The position numbers and the translations under genes are program-made. The notes beneath the pieces are model-generated. The model saw only the letters and a program-made list of their open reading frames with translations, was not told the DNA's origin and searched no databases. 64,000 nucleotides of DNA from the human T2T-CHM13v2.0 reference genome, Homo sapiens, in the NCBI RefSeq assembly GCF_009914755.1, contig NC_060925.1; one strand, 5' to 3'. This document shows positions 13,836-25,004 of this stretch, one piece after another (the first letter of the stretch is position 1; every line of letters begins with the position of its first letter).

Positions 13836-14027
13836 TTTTAAAAAAACAGATTTAGGGGGTACAAGTGCATTTTTGTTACATGGATATATTGCATGGTGGT
13901 GAAGTCTGGGCTTTTAGTGTGTCCCTCACCCAAATAGTGTACATTGTACCCAGTGGGTAGCTTTTCATTCCTCACCCCCCTCCCACTCTCCCACCCTTTG
14001 GAGTCTCCAGTATCTACTATTCCACTC
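13836..14027 (-). mobile_element. L1PB/L1MA 3' terminal fragment
   Basis: gatttagggggtacaagtgca..tttgttacatggatatattgc...gtacattgtaccc. Degenerate TSD cactgcaagac / cactacaggac. Confidence 0.88.
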
Positions 14028-14146
14028 ACTACAGGACACTTTATCCACTACTGTTTGTAGACAAAATAAAGTGAATTCATCAACTCTATGACTATTGCCT
14101 TTCACCTTACACTACACTGATATGTTTTGCATCAAGAGTAGGACAA

Positions 14147-14556
14147 TACACAGTAATGAAAAAGAATGAAATTGTGTGCTTTGCAGCAACATGGATGCAG
14201 CTGGAGGCCATTATCCTAAGTGAATTAATGCAGAAACACAGAATCAAATACCGCATGTTCTCACTTATAAGTGGGAGCTAAACATTGTGTACTCATGGAC
14301 ATAAAGATGAGAACAATAGACACTGAGGATTCCAAAAATTGGGAGGAAAGGAGGGGGCAAGGGCTAAAACATTACCTACTGGGTATATGTTCACTGTTTG
14401 GGCAATGAGTTCCATAGAAGCCCAAAACTCAGCATCACGCAATATATCCATGTAGCAAACCTGCACATGTACCTCTGACTCTAAAATAAAATGAAAATCT
14501 CTATAATACTTTAAAAATAAAATAAAAGGGATACTCATTCTTTAAAAAAAAAAAAA
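14147..14556 (+). mobile_element. L1PA (old, ~PA15/16) 3' end with extra 3' sequence and poly(A)
   Basis: gcagcaacatggatgcagctggaggccattatcctaagtgaa...gttctcacttataagtgggagcta...aacctgcacatgtacc. TSD aagagtaggacaa 14134-14146 / aagagtaagacaa 14555-14567. Confidence 0.93.
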
Positions 14557-14901
14557 GAGTAAGACAAAAGGTCTGAAATGCTCCAAGGTATTGGTTTAAA
14601 AATATGAAAGTGGCTAGGCCCACTTGAAGGAATAATTTGATTATATAATAGAAATGACTTTATGTGTTTGATGACTGTTTCTCAGTGTGTAGCGTACAAA
14701 AGAGCAGCAGTAGTTTGTGTGATCTGCCTCGTTCGTTCCCCATCGGGTCTATTTCCTTTTGTTCCAAAGCATTTTAAAAGCTGTATTTTCAGTGCAGTTG
14801 TCATCTAAGAGTGAGGTAACCAGGGCATATTTAACAAATTGCTTCCTTGATTCTTCACCTGGATGTCTAATACTGTACTCGCCTCAAACTTAAAAAGTCC
14901 A

Positions 14902-15196
14902 AGCCATGTGTGGTGGCTTGCACCTATGGTCCCAGTTACTCAGGAGGCTGAGGCGGGAGGATCACCTGAGCCCGGGAGTTAGAGGTCAGCGTGGCCAACA
15001 TAGTGAGGCCCTGTCTCTACAAAAAAATTAACAAATTAGCTGGGCCTAGTGACTTGTGCCTGTAGTCGCAGCTACTCGGGAGACTGAAGCGGGATGATCA
15101 CTTGAGCCCAGGAGTTCAAAGCTGCAGTGAGCTGTGATTGCACCACTGAACTCCAGCATTTGTGACAGAACAAGACCCTATCTCTACAAAAAAAAA
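14902..15196 (+). mobile_element. Alu (AluJ-like) inserted in an L2 fragment
   Basis: J-type dimer. Flanks (cacctggatgtctaa...ctcaaactt; cagttgctcaggc..aaacttgggagtca) are sense L2. Confidence 0.9.
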
Positions 15197-15315
15197 TGTC
15201 AAAACCAAATTCCACATTCTCACAGCCCAAACCTTTCATCTTTCACACCTCCTTTTTCCCAGTTGCTCAGGCTTAAAACTTGGGAGTCACCCTTGTTTCT
15301 TCCTCTCCCTCCTGC

Positions 15316-15526
15316 TGTATTCTTTATTGTAAGAATATAGTATATAACATATATAAAATATGCAAAATCTCTGTTAATCAGCTGTTTGTTACCATTGTGA
15401 CTTCCAGTGAACAGTAGGCTATTCATAGTTACGTTTTGGGGGAGTCAAAAGTTATATGTGGGTTTTCGATTGATGGAAGGGGCAGGGTTGGCACCCCTAA
15501 TCCCTGCATTGTTCAAGGTTCAATTG
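15316..15526 (+). mobile_element. Tigger2-family DNA transposon, one end
   Basis: ttttgggggagtcaaaagttata...ttgttcaaggttcaattg followed by TA, which matches the Tigger2 TIR (CAGTTGACCCTTGAACAA) and TA target site. Confidence 0.8.
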
Positions 15527-15534
15527 TATATGCC

Positions 15535-15699
15535 AGGTCTTCCTCCCATTCCAGAATATAAGCTCCTTGATGGCAACCCCTTTTTTGTTGATCCCTCTAT
15601 TCCTAGCACATAGAACAGCCCCATGCACACAGCAGACACTCAATAAATATGTGCTGAATGACCACACAGTAGACACTCAACAAATATGTGCTAAATGAC
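15535..15699 (+). mobile_element. L2 3' end with a 37-bp tandem duplication of its terminus
   Basis: agaatataagctccttga...gacactcaataaatatgtgctgaatga. Units 15626-15662 and 15663-15699 differ at 3 positions. Confidence 0.8.
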
Positions 15700-16029
15700 C
15701 TTGCAGATATGCAAGGTGGAAATAATGCAAGGTAGAAAAGTCACTCTGCACATCATCAAACTTCTCAACACTGTACTGTCTTGGGGAGAAAAATGGCTCT
15801 GTGAAATACCAAAGGACACGGATTACTTTGTGACTCTCCACTGACACAGGGAGAAAGAAAAGTTCTTCTAGGCTTGCAGGCCATCAAAGACTTCCTGATG
15901 TTAATAAGACTGGCACTCAGCTTGGGAGATGGCTAATCTTAAAATTAGGTGCTGGTAAGTAGAAATACTGTCAATCATATGCAAAGACCAGTCAAGCTGT
16001 GGGACATGTATTATTTGATCCTAGGGGAA

Positions 16030-16430
16030 AACTGAGATTTTCATAAGTGTATTTTGGAGGCATTTGCAGCGAAGCGTTGTTTGAAGCTGTTAGAGTGGAT
16101 GAGTGTCTAAAGATGAAAGTGTAGCTAGCAGGAGGCAGGAACTGGACCTCGGGAAGTAGCTGTGTTTCACAGACAGGGTGAAGGGTCAGTCCATTAAAGG
16201 AAACACAGAAGAGAAGACCAGATATGCTGAACACCAGCAAAATAATGAGGTACCAATGGAAGAGAGAAAGTTAAAAAGAGAAAATTGTTTCAAATATTGG
16301 AGTAAAGTCTTAGCAGAAGACCTTCCAGAAGGCCATTGGACCGGGAACTTAACAGGTCATGGGTAGACTTAGAGAGAGCAACTTAAGTGATGAGGAGTGG
16401 AGTGCACTGGATTGAATGAGTTTGAGACAG
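16030..16430 (-). mobile_element. L2 fragment
   Basis: Antisense L2-like (tttgaagctgttagagtggatgag; ggccattgga). Boundaries approximate. Confidence 0.5.
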
Positions 16431-17634
16431 AGCCTGTGGGAAAGACAGGTGGCTAGTATGGAAAATGTTCATGATGATGGGCAGGAAAAGGACCAATGCA
16501 TCATAAATGCCTTCAAGGAGCGTTACCAGAGTTGAGAGTCTTCACTTCTCAGGGGCAGGATCGAACACGCTGTTTTCGCTCCAGGCACTGAGATTCAGAG
16601 GAACCAGGAAGCCCGCTCATGGAATCCCTCCGCCTACCCTCCCAGGGAACCTACTGGTTGTAGCCTCATCTTCCTCTCCATCAATGTACCCATGTCCACA
16701 GGTCACACTTTGCCACTATTGTCACTTTTAGTGACACAGCTCTACTGTAGACAGCAGGAGAAACAGGCATATTAGGCTGCCACTGACTTTATTGCTTTTT
16801 GTGCCATGACAATTTTTCATAACAGTGCAGATTCCGTTGTCTTTAGGCAAAAAATGTCACTCTGCCCAACATCAAACTGTAACTGCTTCACACAGCCCTG
16901 TCTCAGGGGGAGAAAAGGAGGGCTCTATAAAATACTGAAAAGCATTTATTCCCTTGCCGCTCTCAATGAACCCATGAATTATGAGTAACAGGGTCAAATG
17001 AGAGCACGTTGGAAGCGTAGACTGTAAACAGGTGTCTGCAATCCACAGACTCAACTGATTATGCACCCTAAGAGTTGCCTTAGGGACACTGTTTGTTATT
17101 ATTCTATTAAAATACATTATTTCATTATTTCTTCTTCATATCAGGTAGCTTTTTTTGTTTGTTTTCCATTTTTGCTTTTCCATACACTAATGATAGTGTG
17201 TGAATGTAAAAATGATAGATGAGAACAGTGAATAATTTGTTAATAGGTCTGGAAATAGGCAGGTGTGTGGGGAAGGGGTTATAAGAAAGGAGAATTATCT
17301 TCACTGTTTTAAGCTCCCCAGGTTGAGATCATTAGTCTTCTTTGTGTTCGCTTCTCCTTAAGGATGGACAATCCTAGTAAGAATAGCTCAGCAAAATTCC
17401 AGTGGGGCCAATGACTGGTTCTGGTTCCATGGAGCCAGGTCACTGCTGCCTTCTTGTTCCCAGCTAGAAAACTCCCAAGAGAAGTTAAGATATCGTCATC
17501 ATCTCTTTGTTCCTCACATTAAATAGCACAGTGCCAGGCTCCCATTAGCTGCTCAGTTAAGTGTCTGCTGATTTCCCCACTTTATTTAATCAAAGCAGGT
17601 TAGCACCAGAAGTTTGTTGGAAATCATCTAGTTC

Positions 17635-17800
17635 AATGATTCTCAACTTAAACAAGCATGTGAACCTCCTGGGTGATTCAATCACCCAGAACAGTTCTGA
17701 GCCTGTTGGTCAGAGTGAAGTCTGAGATTCTGCAATTCTTACAACGTCCAAGTCCAAGGAGATGCCAGCATGCTGGCCCTCAGACCACACTTTGTGTAAC
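17635..17800. mobile_element. MER5A-like hAT DNA transposon
   Basis: caatgattctcaac...ctgagattctgca...gatgccagcatgctggccctcagaccacactttg. Confidence 0.7.
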
Positions 17801-18229
17801 AGGGATCTGGTGGAGTGCACCTCCTGCAGGGTCTGCCTATCACTGTGGGTGGGCTGGGGTTCCAGAGCCGTGAGATGATCATAGTTCATTTTCCTACAGC
17901 ATCAAATATGGTGGAAGATCAAACTATATTTTTTAAAATATTTAAACAAAGATTTATTATGAGGCAGAATACATTTGATTAAAAAATGTGAGAAAAATAT
18001 AAACTATAAAAAAGTAAGAAATGTAAGAAAAATGTAAGGGATTTTTTTTTCCAGTTGAGGTTTCCCCTTTCAAGTTACACTTCCAGCTGGCCTCCAGAGG
18101 ATGCATTTCTTATTTTCTCTTAGGGATAATTTAGAGGAAAAGTTTCAAAAGCACTAATCTAGTCCTAATGAGGAAACGGGGTGCCAGGGAGGCTTAATTA
18201 GGTAGTTAGCCTGATTGTAGTACTGATGA

Positions 18230-18400
18230 CAACCACTAACATTTATTGGACTGTTACTATAAGCCAGGCATGGTGCGAAATGCACACACTATTACACTGA
18301 CTATTCATGAGAGTTTTCTGAAGTTCATACTATTGTTGATCCAATTTTGGATTTGAGGAAATTGAGGCTTAGAGCAGTGGCGTAGTTTACCCCCAAATAC
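18230..18400 (-). mobile_element. MIR
   Basis: ctaacatttattg...gccaggcatggtgc...tgaggaaattgaggcttagag. Confidence 0.7.
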
Positions 18401-18938
18401 ACACCTCTCTGACATTAAAGTCCCTGCCATCAGCTACAGTGATTTAGGGCTTCCTGAAGTAGGTACAGCCAGGGCTAGGACCACTGTCTCTCTCCTGTCC
18501 AGGACTTGGTCTACAAGATGGCACTGTTTTCCATAAAGTAGCTGAGATAAAGCAGGTTGATGCAATTGGGCAGCCCCTGGTGTTTCCAAAGAGTGTCTTT
18601 AAAAATTACAGAAGTGTGCCTCATAGGAATCTGGACAGTGATTCCTTTATTGTTTCTTTCATGATAACAATAAGCAGATTAGCTGTGTTTTCTGTTTAGT
18701 AACTAAGCCATGGTTCTAGGCTCATAGAAAATCAATACTTTCTCACAAATATGTACTTTTCCTGCCAAGCAGCCATCAGAATTAAAGGAAAATGATATCT
18801 ATAATCAGCTGTTACAAATTGCATTACTAGGTGAATAGTTAATGTGTTTCATTCCTTACATAAAAAGAATTTTAAAAGGATAGCATCAGGAGAGTTATGA
18901 AGAATGAATTCTCTACTTCTGTGCATTTTGACCCAACT

Positions 18939-18982
18939 TTCTAGAAGCTTTCCAGAAGCTTCTAGAACTTTCTAGAAGCTTT
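18939..18982. promoter_or_regulatory. Extended heat-shock element (HSF-binding nGAAn array)
   Basis: TTCtaGAAgctTTCcaGAAgcTTCtaGAActTTCtaGAAgcTTt: six perfectly phased alternating units (18949-18978) plus two more offset by 1 bp. The motif is certain; function is inferred. Confidence 0.65.
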
Positions 18983-19732
18983 TGTAGCATTTCCCCACAC
19001 ATATGATACCATTACTTTCATGTTTGTGATGCCAGATATGCACTGAGCTCATCCTGGGACAAGGACAGACATGCCTACTGCCTACGGACATACCCAGTGA
19101 CCAAGAGCAGCTTCAGGATTAGCGACAGTCCCAGTGGCAGGCCAATTTCTCTTATGCATTATAGCTCTGTTCTATAAAAACAAACTTAGTTCTCTTCTAT
19201 TCACTATAATGAATCCCTGACATTTCCAAAAATGAGAAATTCTGGATTGTTTCTACTAAGTGAAACTTTGTACAAGTTCAAGTTTGGATGAAGCCAAGCA
19301 GCTTTGAAATGATGTAAGCTGACATGACTGATATCATTGGTAGATCCCAGGGTATGCAAAAACCTTGAATTTTATCTCTCTCTCTCCTTCAAGCTAATAA
19401 CAAACAATTAAGCATGTGCCATAGAAAAAAATATTATCTGAACCACACAGGATTATCACTTTGTATGTTATTTCATGTCGATGGTTGAGAATATGCTAAA
19501 GTTTAACATAGTTCATTAACCAAGAAATACAGCAGGAGCTGAAAACATCAGAGTAAGGCTGTTCAAAACACCACTACCCCTGTGAGTGCTTTGCGAATGA
19601 TCCCATCAAAAGGCTTCTCAGTGCCCTCTGTTGTCCAACAGCAGCAGTAAAACAGTATATCACATTTGGGAGGAAAAGAAGCAGGGGGTCATAGGACCCA
19701 CTTTACATGTAAATAGCAGGTGTAGTTATTTA

Positions 19733-20032
19733 GTTTTGTTTTTGTTTTCGAGACAGGGTCTTACTCTGTTGCCCAGGCTGGAGTGCAGTAGCATGATCAA
19801 GGCTCAGTGCAGCCTCAACCTCCCTGGGCTTAGGTGATCCTCCCACCTCAGCCTCCCGTGTAGCTGGGACTACAGGTGTGCACCACCACGCCCAGCTAAT
19901 TTTTGTGTTTTTTGTAGAGATGGGGTTTCACCATGTTACCCAGGCTGGTCTCAAACTCCTGGGCTCAAGTGATCTGCTTGCTTCAGCCTCCCAAAGTGCT
20001 GGGATTATAGGCATGAGCCACCTCTCCTAGCT
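19733..20032 (-). mobile_element. Alu (AluJ-like)
   Basis: Antisense dimer; TSD tgtagttattt on both sides. Confidence 0.95.
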
Positions 20033-22765
20033 GGATGTAGTTATTTCTAAATCTTAATTTGAGATTTGACTTTGAGGTGCAAGGAAGCTGCCTCACAGAA
20101 AAATCTCTCTTCTAGTAAAGCCTAAAATCCACTATATGCAATCTGTGGTCCATGCTAAACTTTGCCATATTCTTTCATTGTTTTAAAATACAAATATCCC
20201 TGTAATGGGTAACACAGTGCATTCCTTACATCACAATATAAAATACTCTCAAACCCTTTTTTGGGGGTAACATGGTGAAGGCTCTATTTTCTTAATGAAC
20301 AAGGAGGTTAGGAAACATTCGCGTGTCTTATCTCCTTTCTAGTTTGGAGTAGGGCAAGACTCCATTGTGCCAGGCTATTTTGATAGTCTGTTATTACAAC
20401 ACAAAAGCCTAACTCCAGGCAATACATTCGGAGACCACTTTCCTTAGAGCACATTCTACAGGTAAATTTAAGTACGTGTCTTCATAGTATTTACTTCCTT
20501 GGCTATTGTGGGGAAAAGGAAAAGAATAATTACTTTAAAAATGCAGGGCAAGTAGCTCCACTATCACACTCTTTTCAAAACCATGAATTGGCTTACAAAA
20601 TTGTTTTTTAAATATGTGTATTTCCCAGGAAAGTATATTATATCAGTATGTTAGGCAAGAGTCCTAGGGAATATTTTCCCTTTTATGAGACAGAGCTGAT
20701 ACGTGGAGCCTTGAATTTCATGAGGTGCCTTCAGCCATCCTCACTGATGTTCGAAGATCTGATCATGTCAAGTTTAATCATAGATGACGTTCTTGAAGAT
20801 CACCTTTTCCCCTTCATGTGAATTTTATAGTCAGCTACTAAAATCAAGTGTGGAAGGCAGGGGGTAGGTGATCAGGGTGATCAAGTCAAATGATGCAGGC
20901 AAGCTAAGAGTATATACCACATTGCCAAGCAGAGCGGGGTTCCACCAAGTGAAGCAGAATAGTGGGTCACCCACCCACCCTCTCAGAACCACCTATTGGA
21001 GATCCCGGTAACTGCAGTAAGTCGTGATAGCACGTTTGTCTGAATTTAACTCTGCGGAGGTAGCCCTGGGTATGAGAGCAGACAGACTGGTTTCCTGCCT
21101 TTCTAAGACTTGCAAGAATTGCCAAACAAATCAATTTACCACTTAAACTCTGACTCTTGGAGGATTTATAGCCTCCAGCAGCAGAAGGCATTGTGGCAAC
21201 AGGAGAGAGGCAGCATGTCCCTTCTCAGGGAGCTTTTATCTCTCCTTAGTGATGACAGGTTTATGATTTTACTGTGAAAATCCATGGAATGTGGCTTTAC
21301 AAAATCGACAGTCTTTTGAGATATTTCCAAGAGCAAAAGCACTGGAAGGTGGGAGCATATTATGAATAGAAGCTGAATAAAACGCAGGAGTGAAGAATGA
21401 GATACCATGATCATGAGGAGAAATTGACTTCTTTCCTTCAGTTCATCCCATTGTATCCTCAAAGGTCATTCATTGTGTTTTTTTTTTATTATTATTCATA
21501 GTGGACTGCAATGTGGAAGTTGCTCTTTCTGTGGTAGAGAACTGTGGTAGGGTTTTGTTTGACATTTTCTCTTGGGAAATTTTTTAAGTTAGGGCATTTG
21601 AGCTACATTGTTTCCGCTCTGTGTAGGCGGAGGTCCTGCCTACCACTTATTACTGTTGCCAGTGACGTCTTCACTTGGATCAGAACTGCCATTTGTTTTT
21701 AAGAGAGTTTGTTTTTGCAGTTGGGTTTCAAAAGGAAAGGAGCCGATGATGACTTTGAACTCCATAGAATCTTTCCTGTGCAGTCACATCCCTCCATGGG
21801 GCACGTGCAAGTTCATCCCCAAATCCTGCAACTCGGTTCGAGCTAAATGCAGCCCCTTCTTCCTAATCGATGCCGAGGAGGCAGCAGAAGATAGAATTAT
21901 GATTCTTCAAAATCTTCCCTCGCCTCTCGCATTGACTGTTTTCTGTGTCATTTTGCACTCATATATTTTCCCCTTAATCTGTCTCTGTCCGGCTGTGTCT
22001 TGTGCCAGCTCTTTTCTTCTCTTTAAAATGTTCGCTTTTATCACTTCCTGGTATTACTATTTCTACTATTTAGTCTCTGCTAATTCTTCTCAAAGATCAT
22101 TAACTCATTTCCATCTCCTGTTCTTCCACATTCTGAAACTATCCTCTGCCCGTTTCCTTAACTCTTACATAATTTCCCTTCTGGACCTAAAACAAGTCAT
22201 AATGACAAGAGTAATAGTTACCCTGTGTTGAAGATTGCTATGTTTCATGACACACTGGGATACCTATTTCACACTTGGCATCTCATTTAATCCCTGCAAA
22301 TGGGAGGATGGTGTCATGCCCTTTTCATGGATGAAACTCAGTGAGGTTCATTCAGACCGTGAATCACTGGCAGACCTGCTAGTCCAGCGCAGATGACATG
22401 ACCTCTGGTGTTACCTAAGAGGGATATGTTTTGCTTAATCATGAACTATAACTCATAGGCCTGGAGCTAAGTTCGCCATTTCACTCGGGACCCTTCACTT
22501 ACCCATATCCACTGAACAGATAAATACCTTTGACTGCAGGTCTATCAGCAAGTACCTATTGAGAATTTATCTGAAGAAGCTTATAACTTAGGTATTATAC
22601 ATAGACAAGTGGAGGATTAAGAGAAGAGGGGAAGAGGGGACAATAGAAGTAGCTAGGAGAGAAAACAAAGTGAGAAGAACTGCCTCCTTCATGCTTTTTT
22701 AAAGCCTCTGCTCCAGCTGACCTTTCCTGAAGTCTAGGGCCTTGATAGGAGGCAGGTGGGGTGAA

Positions 22766-22790
22766 TGTGTGTGTGTGTGTGTGTGTGTGT
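22766..22790. repeat. (TG)12 microsatellite
   Basis: Read directly from the sequence. Confidence 0.95.
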
Positions 22791-23456
22791 ATACACATCT
22801 ATATATACTCACACATAGGTATATTCTCCTTAGTTACATTTTTTGAGTAATAAAAATATATTGCCATATATATCAGAATATTATTGTAAGAGCTAAATGA
22901 ACCAGTGTACTTTAAAATGTTTTACGAAGTATAAAACACTCTGCAAAGATTATTATTGGCCTCATTATTTTTATTATTATTAACTGTACTAACATAAAAG
23001 CACTTGATTTCCCTTCTTGGTTAGTTCTAAAGAGGTTTGCTTTCACGGTTTCTTCCTGGCATCTTGATAGTTGCAATTTCATTACCACGTTAAAAACGAA
23101 ACAAAACAAAACAGGAATCTCTCTTGGAGCTTGATTCTGCATTTTGAAAGCTTTTGATTCCCTAGTCTGTGGGGGAACCCAGCCGGCTCAGACACCTTTG
23201 GCATAGGTCCACTTCAAACCCTGACTCCACTCCTGGCTGAAAATCCCTGAGAGAAGTTCTGAGATGTCGTAATTAGCCCTCAGCTGCCAGCCTCTAATTC
23301 AGTGGCACCTTTTTCCCAGCTTTGAACAACAACTGAAAAACCTCAGAATGTCTGATCTTCCAGTCTCCCGACTGTCTGCTTAAAATTGCTTTGGCCTCAT
23401 TTGCTTGTGAAGCCACTTGCACTTCCAGGTGTTAAGCAGACCTGCAGTATCCAATG

Positions 23457-23593
23457 GGATGGAGTTACACAACACACACACACACACACCTGTGGACATC
23501 CAGGATGGAGTTACACAACACACACACACCTGTGGACATCCAGGATGGAGTTACACACACACACACACACACACACACACCTGTGGACATCCA
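23457..23593. repeat. Composite VNTR: 3 x GGATGGAGTT-(AC)n-CTGTGGACATCCA
   Basis: Units 23457-23502, 23503-23542 and 23543-23593 have identical flanks and variable CA tracts. Confidence 0.95.
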
Positions 23594-24949
23594 GAGATTG
23601 TAATTGTTGAATCTATTGGGAGCAGATGGGTGTGCTTAGGAAAAAATAGGATTGACTGCAGGAATTAAATGGAGAGCAGTAAGTGAATTAGTAGGCCAGA
23701 TGCATTAGGCCTGCATAGTTGCAAGTCACGTGGCTGGGAGTGTGGGGATGAGCCATACAGGCAGGGCTTCCTCTTGGAGACGAAAGTTACTGTGTTCGCT
23801 TTGAGAAACGCACATATTGTAGATATTGTAGAAAACATACACATACCTGCATGCTATCTCTGCTTTCTAAAAAAGAGGTACATTTTAACTTTTTAATTTC
23901 TTTTAGTTGTTCAGAATAGGCAATGCTGGCCAATAAGGAGAAATGCTGGAAGAAGAGATAGAGTATCTGGCAATACTAGGTGTACTTCCATTACCTTTCA
24001 AGGCGTAAAATTAATAAACTGTTCACAGAAGAATTCCAAAGAAGCGTACATTCTGTTTTGAGAGTAGTACCTGCCGTCATTCCATAGGCTGCACCCAAGC
24101 CAGAGAATATTCTACTTGTTCCTGGCTCCACATGAGTTTTGATGGTGATAATAATGAAAATTTCCATTAATATAATTTCTTTATTTGGGGTTGGTATTAG
24201 ATGATTGCATCCAAAAGCAAAATGTGATGATTTGACAAATATTTTCTTCTGCAGGTTTTGATTGTGAACACAATAAGAACATAAAAGAAATAAAAGTCCT
24301 ATTTAGGTGGAAGATTATGTGACTTTTTAAACTTTAAAATGCAGTTTCTTTTTACTTCATTAGAGAAAGAAAAGTAGCTCCAACTCCTTAATACATCATT
24401 CTAAATAATTCTTCTTCTGGCCTTTTTATTATTGGATTTTCATTTATAGTACTATGGCAAGAATAATGTTTACAGATTGGCACAACCTGAAAAAGTCACC
24501 TTGTTTAAAATTGACCTACCATTTAAATATCATCATTTTGGCAATGAACACCTTCTAAACTTATCCTTCTCAATTGTGGGCATTAAGCCCATAAATAGGA
24601 ATGCTACAGGGGGAATGAAAGGAGGGGTTACTTCCACCAGAAGAGAAGCCTTGGAGAAGTGAATGGAAAATGTTGCCTCTGTTTAGCATGAATGAGCCTG
24701 GGATTTAAATAACATTCTCAGGCCAGATAAATAGTTTTTCTTTGGCTTAGTAATCATGCATTGCATTCAGATATTTAAGTGAAATGTTTCTGGCTTTCCT
24801 CACTTCATCTTTGATCTTTACATGCTCTGTTAAATTTTAGCTCATCAACTTAATCACATTAAAAATCTCATTTATACCTTTTAGTATATAGAAGAGAAGC
24901 AAATTTGCTGTAAGAAACTGAGAGTACATGTAATTGAGTGTTTTTGCTT

Positions 24950-24950
24950 T

Positions 24951-24986
<36 letters not shown>

Positions 24987-25004
24987 ACACACACGCACAC
25001 ATAT
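24950..25004. repeat. Imperfect (CA)n, alternating purine-pyrimidine tract
   Basis: tgcgcacaca...atacacacacacacgcacacatat. Confidence 0.95.

Noticed and set aside
21608-22231. Longest ORF in the window (207 aa)
   Set aside because: TTG start, F/L/S/C-rich composition typical of T-rich non-coding DNA, and no recognised homology.
23457-23593. CRISPR-like repeat-spacer appearance
   Set aside because: The spacers are simple (CA)n, the DNA is primate, and there are no cas genes; it is a VNTR.
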